Both the position numbers and the translations under genes were made by a program. A stretch of 52,805 bases of DNA, the filler included, from Theionarchaea archaeon (GTDB taxonomy: Archaea > Methanobacteriota_B > Thermococci > Methanofastidiosales > SZ-28-30), in assembly GCA_018992565.1 (NCBI GenBank). It is 3 parts of 3 records of this genome, joined end to end, with 100 filler letters (N's around TTAATTAATTAA, not from the genome) between each part and the next. Parts side by side here need not be neighbours in the genome. Positions count along the whole stretch, not along the records: positions 18,279 to 35,580 come from JACVGW010000058.1; positions 35,681 to 52,805 come from JACVGW010000059.1; 1 more part is not named here. One strand, 5' to 3'. The notes under the pieces were generated by a model. The model was given only the letters and a program-made list of their open reading frames with translations. It did no database searches and was not told the origin of the DNA. Below are positions 29,528 to 38,527 of the stretch, one piece after another. Numbering within the stretch: the stretch's first letter is position 1; the number at the start of each line of letters is the position of its first letter.

Positions 29528-30558
29528 GTTCCGGCCTCATGAAAAATCTTCGAAGAAATCCCGGCAAGTAACCCCCCCAGGATGTCATCAAGAAAAGGAC
29601 CAGCCCTCCCAATGATGCCCGGTTTAACCCGTTCAACTCTTAAGAATTCATACACTGCCAGGGTCCCTCCAATGTAATTTGCTAGTGCATTTCCCAGGAT
29701 TTCATCGGCCACTAAATGTATGGGATCTTTTTCAAACTCTTCTCCAGAAAGTGAAGGAATGAGACCTTTTCTGCCATCTTCTTCTAATCTCAGTGCTCCA
29801 AGAATGAGAGAGGACACATTTATATCCTTTAATATAGAAATCAGTTCATCTTCAAATGATCTTCTGAAATCCTCTCTGGAGAGAGTGTCATTTTCAAGGA
29901 ACATTTCCATCTCAGCATCCACTAAATCTTCAACAGAAATAGACCTCTCAGCAAGTCTCTTCATGATTTCTCTTCCCGGTTGAATTTTCTCGAATGACAT
30001 TAATGCTTCGAGAACACAGGGTTTCACAGAATCGAAGATAGTCCTCCCCAGTTCTGTAGCTCTCCCACAGTATTTCACTTCTTTTCCTTTTCCTGTGCAC
30101 GCAACAACTACTGAATCTGTCACTGTTCCCCACAGGCCTTCATAGATACTCTCTCTTACATCCAGATCATGGAATGCTGCAGCTTTGGCTTCACATGCAA
30201 CAAGGACAGCATTCACCATTCCCTGCAGGGTGATATCCCCATCTATGATGAGGATTGTATTCACTGTGTTAGCATATCCTGCAGTGACAATGCATAAGAC
30301 GTCACCCTCCTCACGTGTGCGGTACGTGTTCACATCCACTGCAGTCATCATACCAATGAAACGGGATAGTCCATGCAGCTGTGCAAAGGCTTTCAGGTCT
30401 GATTCGGGATTTCCATCGTACTCCCTGGGTACCTGGAGATTCAGGATGGTAGTGGTTGTAGCATACCCCCCGAAAGTGGCAGAACTCAATGAGGTAAGAT
30501 CTCTCTCAGACTCCACAAAAATACAGTCATCTTTCACATATACCTTCACACCTTCCAT
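29524..30558 (-). CDS. cbiS: bifunctional adenosylcobinamide amidohydrolase (CbiZ) / alpha-ribazole-phosphate phosphatase (CobZ)
   Basis: N-terminal GMMTAV, TVN, EAK, GTVTD (CbiZ); C-terminal DINV, DPIHLVADE, KPG, PFLDD (CobZ). Confidence 0.8.
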   Translation of the reverse strand: MEGVKVYVKDDCIFVESERDLTSLSSATFGGYATTTTILNLQVPREYDGNPESDLKAFAQLHGLSRFIGMMTAVDVNTYRTREEGDVLCIVTAGYANTVNTILIIDGDITLQGMVNAVLVACEAKAAAFHDLDVRESIYEGLWGTVTDSVVVACTGKGKEVKYCGRATELGRTIFDSVKPCVLEALMSFEKIQPGREIMKRLAERSISVEDLVDAEMEMFLENDTLSREDFRRSFEDELISILKDINVSSLILGALRLEEDGRKGLIPSLSGEEFEKDPIHLVADEILGNALANYIGGTLAVYEFLRVERVKPGIIGRAGPFLDDILGGLLAGISSKIFHEAGT

Positions 30559-31451
30559 AGTACCACCTCCACCAGGAAGAGGATAACCACAAGAATCAGT
30601 GTCGATCCCTTCATGACAGTCAAAGTATCTGCAATGTGATGTGGTTCAAGGGCCCGACCATGCCCCAGGGTGTAATACCCTCTCTTCTCGAAGGTAACAT
30701 GTAATACTCCTGCCATCATTGCCATGGTATTTCCTGCATTTGGACTTTCTGTCTTATTCCTGTCCCTTAAGAAGATCTTGAGACCATTTCTCCAATCACA
30801 TCCATGCAGTATCCCGGAGAGCAAAATAAGAGCTGCAGCTAACCGTGACGGAATGAAGTTGAGGACATCATCAAGTCTGGCAGAGACAGTTCCTATCCTC
30901 ATGGATTTGTAGCCTACCATTGAGTCCAGTGTGTTTATACTCCTGTACACTGCTGCACCATACACTCCCAGGACAGAATAGTAGAACAAGGGCGAGACAA
31001 TAGAATCAGTGATGGACTCTGCAACTGATTCACACGCTGCAGAGATGACTTCTTTTTCAGAAAGGTCACTGGTGTCCCTCGATACAATTTCTGACACGCT
31101 CTCTCTCCCTTTTTGGAGATCACCCGCCTCTAACGCTATTCTTACCTCAGAAGCAGCTTGATGTAAGAATCGTACAGAAAATGTGGTCTTCAACAGCACT
31201 GAGAGTGCGAGAATTCTCAAAATGAAAGGTAGGAGTGATGCGAGGTGAAGATAGCAATAGACGAACATCACAGTCACAGACACTGTCGAGAACACTATAA
31301 AGTATCCCCAGAGCATTTCATGATCTCTCGAATCAAAAAAAGATCTCTGGATTGAAGTGAGGGTTCCAATGTACCTGACAGGGTGGATGAACCCCGGTGG
31401 TTCCCCAAAAAGCACATCCACTGCCAGGGCGGTGAGAATGATTTCAATCAC
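30546..31451 (-). CDS. cbiB: adenosylcobinamide-phosphate synthase
   Basis: FGEPP, HPV, VSRD, ESVAES, YRSINTLDSMVGY, SPNAG. Confidence 0.92.
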   Translation of the reverse strand: MIEIILTALAVDVLFGEPPGFIHPVRYIGTLTSIQRSFFDSRDHEMLWGYFIVFSTVSVTVMFVYCYLHLASLLPFILRILALSVLLKTTFSVRFLHQAASEVRIALEAGDLQKGRESVSEIVSRDTSDLSEKEVISAACESVAESITDSIVSPLFYYSVLGVYGAAVYRSINTLDSMVGYKSMRIGTVSARLDDVLNFIPSRLAAALILLSGILHGCDWRNGLKIFLRDRNKTESPNAGNTMAMMAGVLHVTFEKRGYYTLGHGRALEPHHIADTLTVMKGSTLILVVILFLVEVVLWKV

Positions 31452-32928
31452 GTGTACCACCAAAAATAATCTGTTGAAGGGTGTCAAAATCCACGTGATC
31501 CAGAAACGCTGCTGCCAGTCTTTCAATACTCTCATCGCATGCATCTTCTGCAGATTTTGTGCTTTTCACCTTCTCTATCCCCTTTTTCATTTTCAAATAG
31601 GTTAAGAATGCATTTTTTATGTTGAGGTTGTCAAAAATCCCGTGAAGATAGGTTCCGTATGTATTATTATGGACTGATCCTTCTCCTCTGTCACCAACCA
31701 TGAAAAGGGGGCTGCACTTTGTGACAGTTGTGCCCATGTGTATCTCATATCCTTTGAGTGACTCCCCATGAATCTCAGAAAATACTGGTGTATCTACAAT
31801 AGTTGCTTCGACTCTTTTTACAGATTTTTCATATGATGCAAATGAGGTTTCTGCATCAAGAAGGGAGAGTCCTTCAACACTCCCATATCCACTTTCCAGG
31901 TGAGATTCGTCATTGATTCTGGTCCCCAGCATTTGGTATCCTCCACAAATCCCGAAAATGACAGCAGTGCTGGATAACTCTTTTATTCTATCCTCGAATC
32001 CTCTTTCCCTCAGCCACTGCAAGTCTTCAATAGTGTTCTTGGTCCCCGGGAGGATGACTGCATCAGGATCTCCCATCTCCTGAACAGTTTCCACAAATCT
32101 CACACCTTCCTCCTTCAGTGGTTCGAAATCAGTAAAATTAGAGATCCTGGGAAGGCGTATTACTGCAATATCTACTGTTTTTGGCTGGGAATTTTTAATT
32201 CCCAGTGAATCTTCCTCCGGGAGTGAATGATTCATGTACGGGAGAATTCCCAAGACAGGTACCCCGGTCAGTTCTTCTATTTTTGTGATGCCACTTTCCA
32301 GAAGTGACTCTTCCCCTCTGAATTTATTGATGATGAACCCCTTCACCCTTTTCTTGTGGTGTTCTTTCAAGAGCTGGTATGTTCCATACATGGAAGCAAA
32401 GACGCCTCCTCTCTCTATATCTGCAATGATGATAACAGGTGCATCTGCCATATCTGCTGTTTTCATATTGGCAATTTCGAGTTCGTACAGGTTGACTTCT
32501 GCAGGAGACCCTGCACCCTCAATGATAACGACATCAAAGTCATTGAGTAATACGTTGAGAGAATCTTGAACAGCAGCCACGCCATACGTCTTCAAAAAGG
32601 ATGAATAGTACTCATTCACTTCCATATCCCTGAAAGGAGTCCCCAGGAGAACAACCTGAGATGTTTTTTCTCCTTTGGGTTTTAAGAGTATGGGATTCAT
32701 CTCCTTTCTTACTTCGCAACGGGCAGCACATGCCTGAACTGCCTGTGATCGTGCCACTTCGTGGCCCCCTTGAGTGACGTACGAGTTTAATGACATGTTT
32801 TGAGCTTTGAAAGGAGCAACAGTGAACCCGTTATTGGAGAGAATTCTCAGAATAACTGCAGTTACCAGTGATTTTCCCGCGTGAGATGCTGTCCCCTGGA
32901 CCATGAGTACGTTATTTCGGTTCTTCAT
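31444..32928 (-). CDS. cbiP: cobyric acid synthase
   Basis: QGTASHAGKS, PFKAQNMS, EGAGSPAE, ISNFTDF, GICGGYQMLG, GYEIH, GTYLHG. Confidence 0.95.
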   Translation of the reverse strand: MKNRNNVLMVQGTASHAGKSLVTAVILRILSNNGFTVAPFKAQNMSLNSYVTQGGHEVARSQAVQACAARCEVRKEMNPILLKPKGEKTSQVVLLGTPFRDMEVNEYYSSFLKTYGVAAVQDSLNVLLNDFDVVIIEGAGSPAEVNLYELEIANMKTADMADAPVIIIADIERGGVFASMYGTYQLLKEHHKKRVKGFIINKFRGEESLLESGITKIEELTGVPVLGILPYMNHSLPEEDSLGIKNSQPKTVDIAVIRLPRISNFTDFEPLKEEGVRFVETVQEMGDPDAVILPGTKNTIEDLQWLRERGFEDRIKELSSTAVIFGICGGYQMLGTRINDESHLESGYGSVEGLSLLDAETSFASYEKSVKRVEATIVDTPVFSEIHGESLKGYEIHMGTTVTKCSPLFMVGDRGEGSVHNNTYGTYLHGIFDNLNIKNAFLTYLKMKKGIEKVKSTKSAEDACDESIERLAAAFLDHVDFDTLQQIIFGGTRD

Positions 32929-33985
32929 GAAGACGCCTCAACTCCTGTACAAGCATTTCATTGGGTTCGTGTGGTTTCACACACAGTCTCACGTAGGAGG
33001 AGTCCAACCCCCTGAAGTTTGAACAATCTCGTATTAACACTCCCCTCTCCAAAAGTAGCTTTTTCAGCCTATGGGACTGGATTTTTGTCTTCAAGAGAAA
33101 GAAGTTCGTATCTGAAGGATAGGGATCAAGATACGGGATCTTTGAGAGTTCTGAAAAGAGATACCGCTTCTCTCTTTCTAGAAATCTTCGTGTATCTTCA
33201 ATGAAGGATTCATTGCAGAGGGCCCTTCTCACTGCCTCCTGTGCGATGTAATTCACATTCCAGGGTGTGGCGACCTTTTCCATGTATGCAATGACATCTT
33301 TGCTGGAGAATCCATATCCACATCGCAATGCAGGTATAGCGTACAGTTTTGTTGCCGACTTTAAGACAAACAGATTTGGGGTTGATTCCTGGACGAGAGA
33401 TTTCCTGCAAGAAAAATCAATGAATGCTTCATCCAGAAAAACGATAGCATCTCTTTTCTCAGCTTCATCCACCACAGACATGATGTCCTCTGAATAGAAT
33501 CCTGTGGGATTATTGGGATTACACAGAAAGATGACCTTTGTCAGATCTCCTATTTTCTCTATGATCTCATGGGGATCAATGAGCAGGTTCTTCATCTCTA
33601 CAAATGTACACGTTCCCCCATGCAATTTCACCATCCTTTCGTATTCAGAAAACGTTGGAACAGGTATGAGTACTTCGTCTCCTTTCTTTAAGAAACACTG
33701 ACAGAATAAGCGTAACACTTCAAGAGAACCATTTCCAACAATGATATTCTCCACGGGAACTGAATGGGTACATGAGAGTTGTTCTTTCAATCTGGTACAA
33801 CCTGTATCAGGATAGTGACGTAATTGCACGGGATCAAGGGTTTTGATGAATTCCACTATCTCTGCAGGAGGTCCCAGAGGATTGACATTGGCACTGAAAT
33901 CGATGGCATCATAGTGAATGGCATCGTCACCATGAGAATACTCGGGCAAGGAAAGGATATCAGGATTGGGACAGAAGATATGCAT
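32912..33985 (-). CDS. cobD: L-threonine-O-3-phosphate decarboxylase
   Basis: HG...DFSANVNPLG, CNPNNPTG, DEAFIDF, SATK, IRDCSNF; operon context. Confidence 0.85.
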   Translation of the reverse strand: MHIFCPNPDILSLPEYSHGDDAIHYDAIDFSANVNPLGPPAEIVEFIKTLDPVQLRHYPDTGCTRLKEQLSCTHSVPVENIIVGNGSLEVLRLFCQCFLKKGDEVLIPVPTFSEYERMVKLHGGTCTFVEMKNLLIDPHEIIEKIGDLTKVIFLCNPNNPTGFYSEDIMSVVDEAEKRDAIVFLDEAFIDFSCRKSLVQESTPNLFVLKSATKLYAIPALRCGYGFSSKDVIAYMEKVATPWNVNYIAQEAVRRALCNESFIEDTRRFLEREKRYLFSELSKIPYLDPYPSDTNFFLLKTKIQSHRLKKLLLERGVLIRDCSNFRGLDSSYVRLCVKPHEPNEMLVQELRRLHEEPK

Positions 33986-34004
33986 GGATGGTCAATCCAT
34001 CCAT
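33984..34004 (-). promoter_or_regulatory. palindromic operator ATGGATGG-TCAAT-CCATCCAT overlapping cobD start
   Basis: Directly after TTTAAAA box (34007-34013, minus strand). Confidence 0.8.
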
Positions 34005-34208
34005 TCCTTTTAAAGGTTCTGTCAGAGGGGTTCAGGGACAGGAAATGAGATATGTTGAAGCGGGGTTGGGAATTCAAGGAGTCCCCGAATTTTCGAGACA
34101 TTTCAGAGGATAGGGACAGGAATTCTGGGTGAAGAGGCATCTGTTTTAAAGGTTCTTCCGGGGGAGATACTCCTGCGATTTCTCAGAAACCCACAATGTT
34201 TATATATA

Positions 34209-34231
34209 GATGGATGGATAAGCCATCCATC
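34209..34231 (+). promoter_or_regulatory. palindromic operator GATGGATGG-ATAAG-CCATCCATC after the cblT TATA box
   Basis: TTTATATATA immediately 5'; AGGTGA RBS and ATG 34243 follow. Confidence 0.8.
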
Positions 34232-34242
34232 AAGGTGATATC

Positions 34243-34722
34243 ATGGAATTTTCATCTTCAGCAAAAGTTGCACGTATTGGTGTATTCGTATCTCTGGCAC
34301 TTGTTGGTTCATTCATTAAGATTCCAAGCCCCATAGGGAGTCCAGCACTTGATTCAGCCCCGGGATATTTCTCCTCACTTGCTTTTGGAGCATTTGAAGG
34401 GAGTATGGTAGCAGTACTGGGGCACGTTGTGACAGGTCTCACTTCGGGGTTTCCCCTGGGATTGCTTCACGGATTGATTGCTGTGGGAATGGGTGGATGT
34501 GCTGTAGTATTCAGGTACGTATATGAGAGAGTGAACCTCACGGTTGCTGTACTTCTCGTTGTTATCATGAACGGAATTGTCCTCCCTGTTGTGGTGATTC
34601 CCGGGTTTGGCGTTCCTCTGTATGTCAGTATTGTCCCTTCGCTGGTAGTAGCATCAGTGGTGAACAGTGTACTGGCCGGGGGAATATACGTCAAAGTGAA
34701 AGAGAGGATTGTATCCCGGTGA
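34243..34722 (+). CDS. cblT: ECF S-component, alpha-ribazole transporter CblT-like
   Basis: IKIPSPIGSPALDSAPG, GH, GFPLG motifs; adjacent to a cblS-like gene. Confidence 0.75.
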   Translation: MEFSSSAKVARIGVFVSLALVGSFIKIPSPIGSPALDSAPGYFSSLAFGAFEGSMVAVLGHVVTGLTSGFPLGLLHGLIAVGMGGCAVVFRYVYERVNLTVAVLLVVIMNGIVLPVVVIPGFGVPLYVSIVPSLVVASVVNSVLAGGIYVKVKERIVSR

Positions 34723-34726
34723 TAGT

Positions 34727-35428
34727 GTGAAGATTTATCAAGAGAGGGATGTGACAGTAATTGAAGAGCGTGGGAGAACCATAGTAGTATCATGCGATTC
34801 TGCTGGAGCGATTGGTTCCAAAAAGCATGATATTTTACAGGTTGATCCGTATCTTGTAGGAAGGATCACTGCACGAGTTGCGCTCATGGAACTGGCAAGT
34901 GTAGGTGCAACTCCCCTGGTGATTGTTGATACCTTGTGTGTGGAAATGGATCCCACAGGTAAGAGAATTCTCGAGGGTATTAAAGAGGAAGCGAAGGAGA
35001 TAGCAGTCATTACTGGAAGTACTGAGGAAAACATGAAGACCTGTCAGACAGGTGTGGGAATCATGTGTATTGGAATGTGTGATTCTCTGAGAGTTGGTAA
35101 GGGTGAGCAGGGTGATCTTGTGGTTGCTGTAGGTATTCCACGGGTTGGGAGTGATGTGTTGGGAAGTGGTGAGGTTATAGCTGATTTGCAGGATGTTGAG
35201 ACTCTTCTCTCACTAGAGTATATTGGAGCTATTCTTCCTGTAGGTTCAAAAGGAATTAGAAAAGAAGCGGTGTGTCTGGGTCCTGTAGAATTTATTGACT
35301 CAGGCCTTGACCTGGATGGTTCATGTGGTCCCTCCACTGTTGTTCTGATTACAATTCCCAAAGAAAGGATGAGAGATCTGAAGAACGTCGTGAAAAAGCC
35401 GATAACTGCTGTGGCAGAATTGCTCTAG
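34727..35428 (+). CDS. cblS: alpha-ribazole kinase CblS-like (PurM/AIR-synthase fold)
   Basis: RD, SCDSAGAIGSKKHD, ARVALME, TGSTEEN, QTGVG, PVGSKGI, GPST. Confidence 0.75.
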   Translation: MKIYQERDVTVIEERGRTIVVSCDSAGAIGSKKHDILQVDPYLVGRITARVALMELASVGATPLVIVDTLCVEMDPTGKRILEGIKEEAKEIAVITGSTEENMKTCQTGVGIMCIGMCDSLRVGKGEQGDLVVAVGIPRVGSDVLGSGEVIADLQDVETLLSLEYIGAILPVGSKGIRKEAVCLGPVEFIDSGLDLDGSCGPSTVVLITIPKERMRDLKNVVKKPITAVAELL

Positions 35429-35459
35429 TATTCTACCGGAATGTGGGTTACTCCTGAGA

Positions 35460-35580
35460 GATTCATCAAACAGAAGAGCTAATGAAAGATTCGGCAGATG
35501 ACGAGAACTCTCCTTGGTCACCCGATGGGAAGAAGATTGCTTTTGAATCAGATCGAGACGGGAACAGAGACATCTATGTC
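35460..35580 (+). pseudogene. TolB-like PD40 beta-propeller repeat fragment at contig end
   Basis: MKDSADDENSPWSPDGKKIAFESDRDGNRDIYV from 35482; upstream DSSNRR is in another frame. Confidence 0.6.
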
Positions 35581-35680
35581 NNNNNNNNNNNNNNNNNNNN
35601 NNNNNNNNNNNNNNNNNNNNNNNNTTAATTAATTAANNNNNNNNNNNNNNNNNNNNNNNNNNNNNNNNNNNNNNNNNNNN
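35581..35680. other. artificial contig linker (N44-TTAATTAATTAA-N44)
   Basis: six-frame stop spacer. Confidence 0.98.
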
Positions 35681-37025
35681 TGGGAGACCCGGCTGGTATC
35701 TCTTTTTTTCTGAGTATGAGTACTCCAGCACACAGCACCACAAATGTACTCCCCAGGCAGAACCCGCCCCCTTCAGATTCCTCACCTTCTTGGTCTTCGC
35801 AAGACTGTATTCTATCCACACATTCCTGCACTTTCTCTTCATCACCCAATTCCTCATACAGGGACAAAGCTTCTTCAAATTTCCCCACAGCCATTTCACA
35901 GTTTCCCTGCTCAGAGTACGTGACACCTTCTCCAAATAACCTGTCAGCCTCTTCTCTCTTCTTCTGCTCCTCAACAAATCCAGAACACATGTCACCATAT
36001 TGTTGACACAGCTCCTCTTTTTCGCTCTCCCCCTGCAAACGATATAATTCCTGGGCTTCCTGAAAGACCGCCAGGGCTTCCTCATACTTCTTCTCTTCAA
36101 ACAAGGCCTTACCTTCAGCAAACAACGTATCTGCCTCTCTGATTTTCTCCTCCGCCCTCTCTTCACACAGTGCTATCTTGTTCCTGAGGTCTTCTAACCC
36201 CTGCGTGTAAGCAGATACGGAAGAAAATCCCATATATGTCGGTAGTATCAGCACACCGAAATCCTCTGACAACTCTCCGAAGTACTCATCACTCCCTTTG
36301 CCGTAGAACCCACTGATGCTTCCATAAAAAGAAAGAGCCTCCTCATAGTACGATCTAGCTTCCTCATACTGCTCAGCATTGTACGCTTTGTCACCTTTCT
36401 CCGTACTGGCCTTACCTACACTGGAAAATCCAACCCCGAACCCATTCCGTACACTCATACCCTTTGTTTTTTCCTCAAAGTGAATCATAGGTATTGTTCT
36501 CCCACTGACCTCCTGAGGGTCCAGCTCGCTGACCAGCAGCACTTCGCTGCCAGCAGGCAGATACACATCAGTGAGAATATGCATGAAATTCTCTCCAGAC
36601 GTCCACCAGAATTCAAAATATGAAACTCCATCCACAATCTCCACAAGACTATCTTCCAGATCATATTCAACAATGAATTCTATATTTTCTCCTGCACTTT
36701 TCGGTCTAAATCGGTAAGAATATTGAATTGTCTCGCTGTATTCTTTCATTTCTACTTTTATATCCTCACCAGTACTTTCATGCGCCTCAATATTCATCAT
36801 TTTGTCTTCCCATTTTCTGCTGTAGCTCAGTTCCCAGGTAGTCATCCTGAAAGGGATTGCAAAAATGTGAAACTCTACTTCAACGTGAGCTGTCCCGGAT
36901 TGATCAACATCAAACCTCCACACGTAGTAGCTGTCTTCAAATCTCTCCTCAGAAGCCAGAGAAGGATACAAGCACATATTCGCAATAATGAGTATGCTCA
37001 GGGTCATACAGATCAGGGTTCTCAT
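35681..37025 (-). CDS. cell-surface protein: signal peptide, beta-rich domain, TPR-like repeats, GGGFCLG-TM-RKK tail (stop lost at contig edge)
   Basis: GAGGTG RBS before MRTLIC; repeated A..LF.EG...E..YEEA helices. Confidence 0.75.
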
Positions 37026-37189
37026 GTAGTACACCTCTGTTACCAATTGTGGTCGAATCTTATAACCTTTGCTCTCCCCTGGCACTTTTCACTGAATGAT
37101 CATCTGACGCGCGTCACAGAAAGACTCAGCCTCCCCAAAACTGAGAGGCCTCATCCAGCCCCCTTCATCAAAGCTGAGGGGTTAATCCG

Positions 37190-38401
37190 TCACGTCTCTT
37201 GCTTCTGGTCTACAGGATTCATTCGTCGAGGGTTCTCCAGCGATCTGAAGAACAGGTAATAGAGCGCACTAGATACAGCATACAGCGCGCTGGTGATCAG
37301 AAAAGGCAGTCCATACATGCCCCTGCTCATGAGGTTACCTGCTACCACGTTGGAAACTGCCCAGGAACCATTCCATCCTGCCATAACGATTCCGTTCACA
37401 GTCGCTCTCTCCTCCTCCTTCAGATTCTCCATCATGAAAGCAGAACTGATTGGATTACCCATATTCATGAGAGCTCCTCGTGCAATAAACCCCAGCGTAA
37501 CCAGTTCGAGCCGAGAAGAATATGCAATCATCAAGAGGAAAGGCAGTGAGCCCAATTCTGTCATCACGATCGAGCGAACCTTGCCCCATCGTGACGCCAG
37601 AGGAGCAGCAACAAAGGTAGCTATCCCCATGGTAACGTTTGCCAGCGCAAAAATGAGCCCGATAACCTCCATGCTGGCCTGCATTCTCACCCTGAAAAAG
37701 ATGTTAAAAAAGGGAACGATTAACCCTGCACCAAACCCAATCAACACGTTGGTAATGATAAATCGCTTCAGCAAGGATCCACTGACCACAATTCTCTTGG
37801 AGAACAAGACCTTCTTCTTTTTTTCCTCCAGCATCAGTAACGGGAGAATTGCAGTGAAGCACAGGAGCATTCCTACAAAAAGCGTGATCCGCAAAGCACC
37901 TGTCTGATCCCCGTTGACCAGAGAAGGGAACATACCACCAAGGTATGCGCCCAGTGTATATCCCAGTATGTTGAGAGCAGCCTCCACACTGAACAGATGT
38001 ACCCGTTCCTTCTGGGCTGCATTTTCCATCATGAAAGGAGCAAATGATACATAGTTCAGAGTGCTTCCAAACCCAAAGAGTGCATTCATTACCACCAGGA
38101 TAGGCTGCGAGGTGAACCAGATCAGCCCTCCCATGGATACTGCAATTATGGTTGTCCCCAGGGCTATGCAGCGTTTCCTTCCAACCCTATCTCCCAGTAT
38201 ACCCGCGGGGAGCGCGAACAGCGCAGCAGAAAGAGAACTGGCAGACAACAGCACGCCCAAAAAGTATTCTGAATAGTGGAGACCTTCAGTTACATAGATG
38301 TTAAACACGAGGTTGAATATACCTGTGCCTACTGAAGATATACTCACTGAAACCAGAAATAGCGCGGCATTTCTGCTGAAGCTGCGCAGTTCATTAAGCA
38401 T
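37190..38401 (-). CDS. MFS transporter
   Basis: about 12 TM helices, GILGDRVGRKR motif A. Confidence 0.9.
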   Translation of the reverse strand: MLNELRSFSRNAALFLVSVSISSVGTGIFNLVFNIYVTEGLHYSEYFLGVLLSASSLSAALFALPAGILGDRVGRKRCIALGTTIIAVSMGGLIWFTSQPILVVMNALFGFGSTLNYVSFAPFMMENAAQKERVHLFSVEAALNILGYTLGAYLGGMFPSLVNGDQTGALRITLFVGMLLCFTAILPLLMLEEKKKKVLFSKRIVVSGSLLKRFIITNVLIGFGAGLIVPFFNIFFRVRMQASMEVIGLIFALANVTMGIATFVAAPLASRWGKVRSIVMTELGSLPFLLMIAYSSRLELVTLGFIARGALMNMGNPISSAFMMENLKEEERATVNGIVMAGWNGSWAVSNVVAGNLMSRGMYGLPFLITSALYAVSSALYYLFFRSLENPRRMNPVDQKQET

Positions 38402-38527
38402 GGGGAGTAATATCAAGCTCCCATTTAAAGGTTAACATGGTGCCTGGCATCTCCATTGTCGCCTGTCCCTCCGCCTACCCTTTTCATTTTTCCCCGGTCT
38501 CCGATAAAAAAAAGAAAAAGAAAAGAG

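Noticed and set aside
34020..34200. Possible cobalamin riboswitch between cobD and cblT
   Set aside because: No recognisable B12-box or conserved core; both promoters sit next to their start codons, so the region is probably not in either mRNA. Only a repeated TTTTAAAGGTTCT (34008, 34144) is present
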